Shown: positions 58,192 through 64,000 of the stretch, in pieces
Numbering within the stretch: the first letter of the stretch is position 1
How the letters are laid out: every line of letters begins with the position of its first letter
NCBI RefSeq assembly: GCF_001194135.2
Contig: NC_068984.1
Span: 57,166,642-57,230,641 of the forward strand
Origin: Octopus bimaculoides
Taxonomy: Eukaryota
DNA: 64,000 bases
Direction of reading: 5' to 3'
Translations under genes and position numbers: made by a program
Notes under the pieces: model-generated
Seen by the model: the letters and a program-made list of their open reading frames with translations, nothing else
Told to the model about the DNA's origin: nothing
Database searches by the model: none

Positions 58192-59064
58192 TTATTATTA
58201 TTATTATTATTTAAAAAAATTTTTTTTTTAATTTCCATTTACCTCTTATGATAGTTATTATTGCATCACTTTAGAATGGGAAAGAAGCAATAGTGAATCA
58301 AATCATTTAACATCTGTTGCTGGTGTGTTATAACCATTTATCAATATAGTTTACTAGTGTCAGTGGTTTTTAATTAGGCAGCACGCTATTCACCATCATT
58401 TGGTTGAATGATCTCAGACTAAAATACATATATATCAATGAACTAAAGTGCTATAGACATACAGGAACAAGGACACAAGATTTATTTTTCCAATTTTTCA
58501 CTTTTTCTACCATAATTTTTTTCACAGAAAAAGAACTAATGGTTATTTGAAGGAGTAGTAACAAAACACACATTCTCTCTCTCTCTCTTTCTCTCAAAAA
58601 AAAGGGAAATTATTAGTTGATTATTATTTTACAATAAGCAATAAAAGATTAATTTAATTTGAAACATTTTGTTTTTAAATGTTCTATAATATCATATTAT
58701 TATTTTAGGCATCATTATTATTTATTTTGCTTAATCTGCACATGTATTGAGCCCCTCCCTTCCTCTACCCTGGGCCAGACATTTGTTCTGTGCTTCACTA
58801 TTCTTTGTTCGAAACCTACCAAAATCAGTGATCTCTGTGAGAGTCGCGTGTTTTTATCATTTGGCCTGTTAGCAACTGAACAGGTGAAAAATCAGAGAGA
58901 GTGAAAGAGAGAGGAGGCAACACAAAGGATTATCCAGAGTGCTGGTATTGAATTTCTTTATATGAGCAACTTAGCTGTAATTTTATAAACTGGTACCAAT
59001 TCCTCTCATAATAAAATATACCAATAGTTACTGGCCTAAGTTTTAGAATATATGTATATATATA

Positions 59065-59128
59065 TATATCATCATCATCATCGTTTAACGTCTGCTTTCC
59101 ATGCATGGGTTGGACGATTTGACTGAGA
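59065..59128 (-). mobile_element. Family B extreme 3' fragment inside a (TA)n tract
   Basis: catcatcatcatcgtttaacgtctgctttccatgcatgggttggacgatttgactgag. Confidence 0.88.
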
Positions 59129-60289
59129 TATATATATATATATATTCAAGTGGTAAATAATAAAAAGCAATACTTTGGATTGCATACAGTTGGTTAGTCA
59201 CATTTCTCCCTTATTTTAGTTTTCTCTTTGTATTGTTTACAAAGAGAGAAAGCAGAAGAAAAGTTCCAAATTTATGAGTTTTGAAGAGCTAAGATCTTCA
59301 TATAAAATGCCTCATAACTATTCTACCTTGTATAACTTCTCTCTTTAAATTCTCTAATTCCATGTAAGAAAAAAAAAGTAAATGACATCAGCTAGCATTT
59401 TATTTAAAGCTTTTGTTTTTTAAATTGTTTTTTGTGAACAGAAATAACAACATTTAATGTTACTTACTTCTGATAAGAGAGGGTGGACACAGAGTTTTCT
59501 TTATATAGTGATTTTTATTCAAATGTTTTATGTTCATGTCTTTCAAGAAGAAAATAGAATTTCTTAAACCTCTTTATTGCCAATCTTTTTTTCATTTATT
59601 ACCTTTAGGTAACAATCAATATATTGTCTTCATTGTGAATTTTTTTTATTCAAAACCAACTACAAATGAAAAAATATACCTTTCACAAGCTTCCTTCCCT
59701 CAGTTCATGTGTGTGTTCATTATTTATCATTTCTAAGAGCACAAACTGAGTTTGAGCTATTGGAGAAAGAGTTTTCTGACTGAATACTGTTTCTGTTATC
59801 AGCAATGTTATCACAAAATGAAATCAGTACTTATTTTCCATTAGTGTAAACTGTGATTGTCAGTGGATTGTTCTATAATCCATTAAATTATTTGGGCATC
59901 ATTGAAACCTTCCTCTTCATATAGTGTATCAAGAACAAATCAGCTTAACAGAGCTCTTCAATCTGCAACCTATATTTGCAGGACTCTTGAACTTTGCTAT
60001 GAACAGACTAACAAAATACCTATCAAATTTACTGCACGTCATCTGCTTACAGTAGTGACTTGTTTTTGTCCAGCAGTGACTTGTTTTTATCCAGCAGTAT
60101 TTTTTCCTAGTCAAATGGACGGTGACAATTAAAAATGTTAAGTGTAGGCTATAGGCACAATGTTGCAGAGATGATTTGAGTCACACTGGATTGGCCATCT
60201 GCTGTCATCATGCACAATTTAAACTTTTTTTAGTATTAACCTCATCTTAAAAGATAAAATATTTTTCTTTAATATTAATATAACTTTTG

Positions 60290-60450
60290 GTTTCAAATTT
60301 TGCCACAAGGCCAGCAATTTTGGGGAAGCATTCAGCTGGTACTTATTTCATTGACCCCAAAAGATGAAAGATGAAGTCGACCTTGGCAGAATTTGAACTC
60401 ACAATGTAAAAATGGATGAAATGCTGTTAAGTATTTTGCCCATTATGAAT
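60290..60450 (-). mobile_element. SINE family C
   Basis: tttcaaattttgccacaaggccagcaattttgggg..ggtacttatttcattgacccc..aagtcgaccttggcagaatttgaactca. Confidence 0.88.
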
Positions 60451-60719
60451 ATTAATATAGATATTAAACACTATGTTCCAATCTCTGATCACCATCATTT
60501 CCTTGTTACTCGTTATGTATATAGTACTGAACTGGATACAAATCAAGACTAGTGCAATGTACAGATCCAGGAGTAAGACATTGGATGATGATCAGAGATC
60601 AAGCTGATGGAAACATAATGTAGATGTGAATATTGAAAAAATTTTCATTTTTAAATTAAAAATTGATAGTCTGAAAAATTGGAATTGTGTTAATAACCAC
60701 TCATCTTAGACATTTAAGC

Positions 60720-61140
60720 AAACACCTCCAATATAGATTATATGTTACTTTGACTCCCTCGTTTCAACCTATCTTTTTCTACTTTCCCTGATCATATTTT
60801 AGGGTTCTCTTATCATCATTAAATAGCATTCATTCTCAGCAGATTAAATGTCATAGATCATCGGCAGTCTTTCCTGGATTCTCCTTGTACATTAACTGTT
60901 CCTTCTATATAATTATTGGCTTTTTTTCTTCCTTTTCCCCAATCATTTCGTCTTCTTTTAACCAGTCTCTGTAAACTATTTTTTTCTCATAGTCTAAAAT
61001 ATTTTAGTTTTCTCTCTTTGATGGTTTCTAATAAAGTTTTCTTAGCTCTTGACCTTCCTAGTAATTTATTGTTTTGTGTTCTGTCCTTGATATTCTCAAA
61101 AGTCTCCTAATATGCTTTCATTTCAAAAGCAGTTATCATC
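60720..61140 (-). mobile_element. RTE (BovB-like) LINE C-terminal fragment, degraded
   Basis: Minus strand, across frameshifts: FEMKAY..RLLRISRTEHKT..LLETIKERKLKYF..GKGRKK, matching the FEMxxYRRxLRISW..I..RKLxYFGH pattern. Confidence 0.7.
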
Positions 61141-61144
61141 AAAC

Positions 61145-61221
61145 AAGAGACAGCCTCAAGAAGTTTTAGTCTCAAACGGGTAAGAGACAGCCTCAAGAGG
61201 TTTTAGTATCAAAGGGGTTAA
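61145..61221. repeat. 37-bp tandem duplication ending GGG-TTAA (possible piggyBac-type right end)
   Basis: aagagacagcctcaaga(a/g)gttttagt(c/a)tcaaa.ggg starts at 61145 and again at 61182. No matching left end found. Confidence 0.6.
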
Positions 61222-62169
61222 TGTAGAATAGATTGCTCATTCTAGCTTGCTAAACTAACTGGTAGACTCAAGTTAGAGGCTGAGCCACATTAATCTGGTT
61301 ATATGTTCTCAGCAGCTTAGTGAACTAAGGCAACCAAAAATATGTGCATGTGCATCTGCACACACACATGCATGCATATACATACATGTACTTGCATGCA
61401 TGCAGATACACACATACATACAATTTCAATAGCAAATCTGAATTCAGTCAGCGATCTTCCATGTATGATGTATATAAAATGCATAATTTTACTTCTTTAG
61501 ATCAATAGAGTTTTTTTTTGCATGCTAACCTGATCAGTTTTCTCTCATAGAATTGTATTTGATTAACATACTAGCTTCTTTAAACCATTTCTATAAAATA
61601 TATTAAGAGTGTGTTGTTTGTTTCTTGTCAAACGTATAAATATAGTTCATACTGTAAGAATAAACCATTCATATTTCAGATATAAATATCATTCTAAAAT
61701 AAAGAGCTATTTTTTTTCTGTTTCAATTCATATATACCAAAAGGAAATCCTTTCTAATTTCCCTTTTCTTTTTTTATGTCAGAATGTAGCCTATCAAAAA
61801 CACAAAATAACTTCAAAATAACTTCAAAATTTTACTTTTCATCTTTTTTTTATATTTCCTTCCCATTAGGGAAGTATTCTGAGTATGAGTTTTATAGTAC
61901 AGACTGTATCCCACTGCTCACTAATTAGTCTTGGGTATAAGTTACACTAATTACAGTGCTTACATATTTTATTACATTAAGTTTAGGGTCAGACAATATT
62001 TTATTACTGCTCTTTATAGAAAACAGTTTCATTGAAACTTTTTGCTGTTATTTCTCACAGTCATTCCTGTCTAATTTGTCATTGAAATGTTATCTGAAAC
62101 TAAATAGGGAACCTCTACTTGGTTACTCTATCTGTTAGAAACAATAGCTAAATCATTCTTGAATTAAGG

Positions 62170-62590
62170 CCTATTGTCATGAATGTTTGGTAATGACTGA
62201 AAGAATATGATCATGAATACAAGTGGTCAGAATGGGATTCTTATGAAGAATCTGTGGGGTAACATTACTCAACAGTGTGCATAGCAAGGAGTCTTTCCAG
62301 GTCAAGTCACTAATCTCCATTGAGAGGTCACAGCTCCAGTACTACAGACTTGTAATTAGAATGTTGCAGGAAAGAATTCCAATACAGATTTTTTAAGCCA
62401 AGCCAACTGGCAAGAGACCAAGTATGAGATGGTTTGATAATAACCATAGTCCCTGTTGATCACATTTGGTCATCCAGATGAAAGTCCAATGACAGTTGTT
62501 TCTGACAGGAATCCCTGTTGGAAGTGCCTGAAGACTCTACCTCCATCACCCTCCTAGGAGAAGATCGATGGAAGGATGGGTATCTTAAAG
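62170..62590 (+). mobile_element. RTE (Rex3/Expander-like) LINE 3' end, degraded
   Basis: MGFL*RICGVTLLNSVHS..IERSQLQYYRLVIRMLQERIPIQIF*AKPTGKRP..RWFD matches the RTE C-terminal consensus. Confidence 0.8.
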
Positions 62591-62699
62591 TGGCAGAGAC
62601 GCATTGCATAATGTAAATCTAGATGCATAATAACCATGAAAAGGACAAGATAGTCATAGTTTGAATACCTTAATCTTGAACTAAACAATAACATGACAA

Positions 62700-63108
62700 C
62701 ACTCTTTTACTCTTTTACTTGTTTCAGTCATTTGACTGTGGTCATGCTGGGGCACCGCCTTTAGTCGAGCAGATCGACCCCAGGACTTATTCTTTGTAAG
62801 CCTAGTACTTATTCTATCGGCCTCTTTTTGCCGAACCACTAAGTTACGGGCACGTAAACACACCAGCAACGGTTGTCAAGCGATATTGGGAGGACAAACA
62901 CAGACACACAAACATATACACACACACACACATATACATATATACGACGGGCTTCTTTCAGTTTCCATCTACCAAATCCACTCACAAGGCTTTGGTCGGC
63001 CCGAGGCTATAGTAGAAGACACTTGCCCAAGGTGCCACACAGTGGGACTGAACCCGGAACCATGTGGTTAGTAAGCAAGCTACTTACCACACAGCCACTC
63101 CTGTGCCT
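62700..63108 (-). mobile_element. SINE family A, full length, young (CpGs retained)
   Basis: The minus strand reads aggcacaggagtggctgtgtggtaagtagcttgcttac..ggttccgggttcagtcccactg.. through to tgactgaaacaagtaaaagagtaaaagagt. Confidence 0.95.
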
Positions 63109-64000
63109 ATAACAGTTTATCTTTATTGAAAAATTAAAAAGGACCACTGATAAGCTTATTGAAACAAATGAGAAAGTTCTAGTGAAACAAAATTATTTTA
63201 ACAGTATTTTGTGGCATAGAAACTCAAAAATTTATTCTGTACGAATACTTTTTTCACCCCTAAATATTTATATTTGTATATAAATTCATTAGTTACTATA
63301 ATTTATTAGTTTCTTTTGCATATTCTTAGTTTATGTATGTGTATGCAAATATAGTTTTGGTATATCCCATTTATGTTCATTAGAAATTAAATAAATAAAG
63401 AATTTTGACATGTACGAATATTTATTTCCCCCCACTGTATGTGGTTGTTAAATTAAGGTTATCATTTTCAAACTAGTTTAAGAATAACTACTTAACAGGG
63501 ACCTAATATAGAGAGTAGAGTAGGTCGAATTGTATTGAACTTCAAGTTTCACCTGACAGTACCTTTTCATTTCATTTATTTATTTACTTAATTAACTCTA
63601 CTCATTGTAATGCACTTTGTTTATTTTCTCATTTATTTTACTGTTTATTTTTGTACCTATTTTGGGGAAATAAAATTTAAAGTATTCGTTAAAAAGTGGG
63701 CAGAAATATCTGAGAAGAAGAAAAAAAAAGTAATGGAGAATGCAATAGTATGTACATAAAGGATAGACATTTAATGAATGAAATCCATTTTATATAAGAT
63801 TTGGTGAGTCAACCAAATATATCATGCTGAATGCAAGACTTCAATGAAAGTGATTAAATTTATAGAATTGACAAAATTTTACTCCTTTCTCATCCACTAT
63901 CTGTATAGATGTGTCAATAATGTTTATATCTTTATAAGCATATATCTTATAATGATTTGAAGTGTAGATTCTGTGAAAGACTGTCACATAAAGGTAAATA

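Overview
This is AT-rich, repeat-dense eukaryotic (animal) genomic DNA from a gapped draft assembly, with six N-runs, most abutting (TA)n tracts. The SINE repertoire looks cephalopod, probably Octopus; this is from recall, not a database search. No intact protein-coding gene, rRNA, tRNA gene or CRISPR array can be supported, and the window reads like intronic or intergenic sequence. Its content: (1) many tRNA-headed SINEs and short repeats, given working names A-G; (2) LINE fragments: RTE, CR1/L2, L1/Tx1 ORF1 and ORF2, and three restriction-like-endonuclease (RLE) 3' ends; (3) Tc1/mariner relics, plus a mariner MITE and a piggyBac-type MITE; (4) microsatellites. Most interesting: two hammerhead-ribozyme motifs of the minimal Penelope type, one near-intact at 34185-34289 and one decayed inside a 263-bp-period repeat at 26477-26886; a ~290-bp near-perfect hairpin at 29520-29810; (TAA)n tracts that host successive retroelement insertions; a candidate recursive splice site at 15407/15408; and a CpG-retaining patch near 52 kb. 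Several isolated candidate exons are reported at low confidence only. All coordinates were read by eye; repeat boundaries are approximate.
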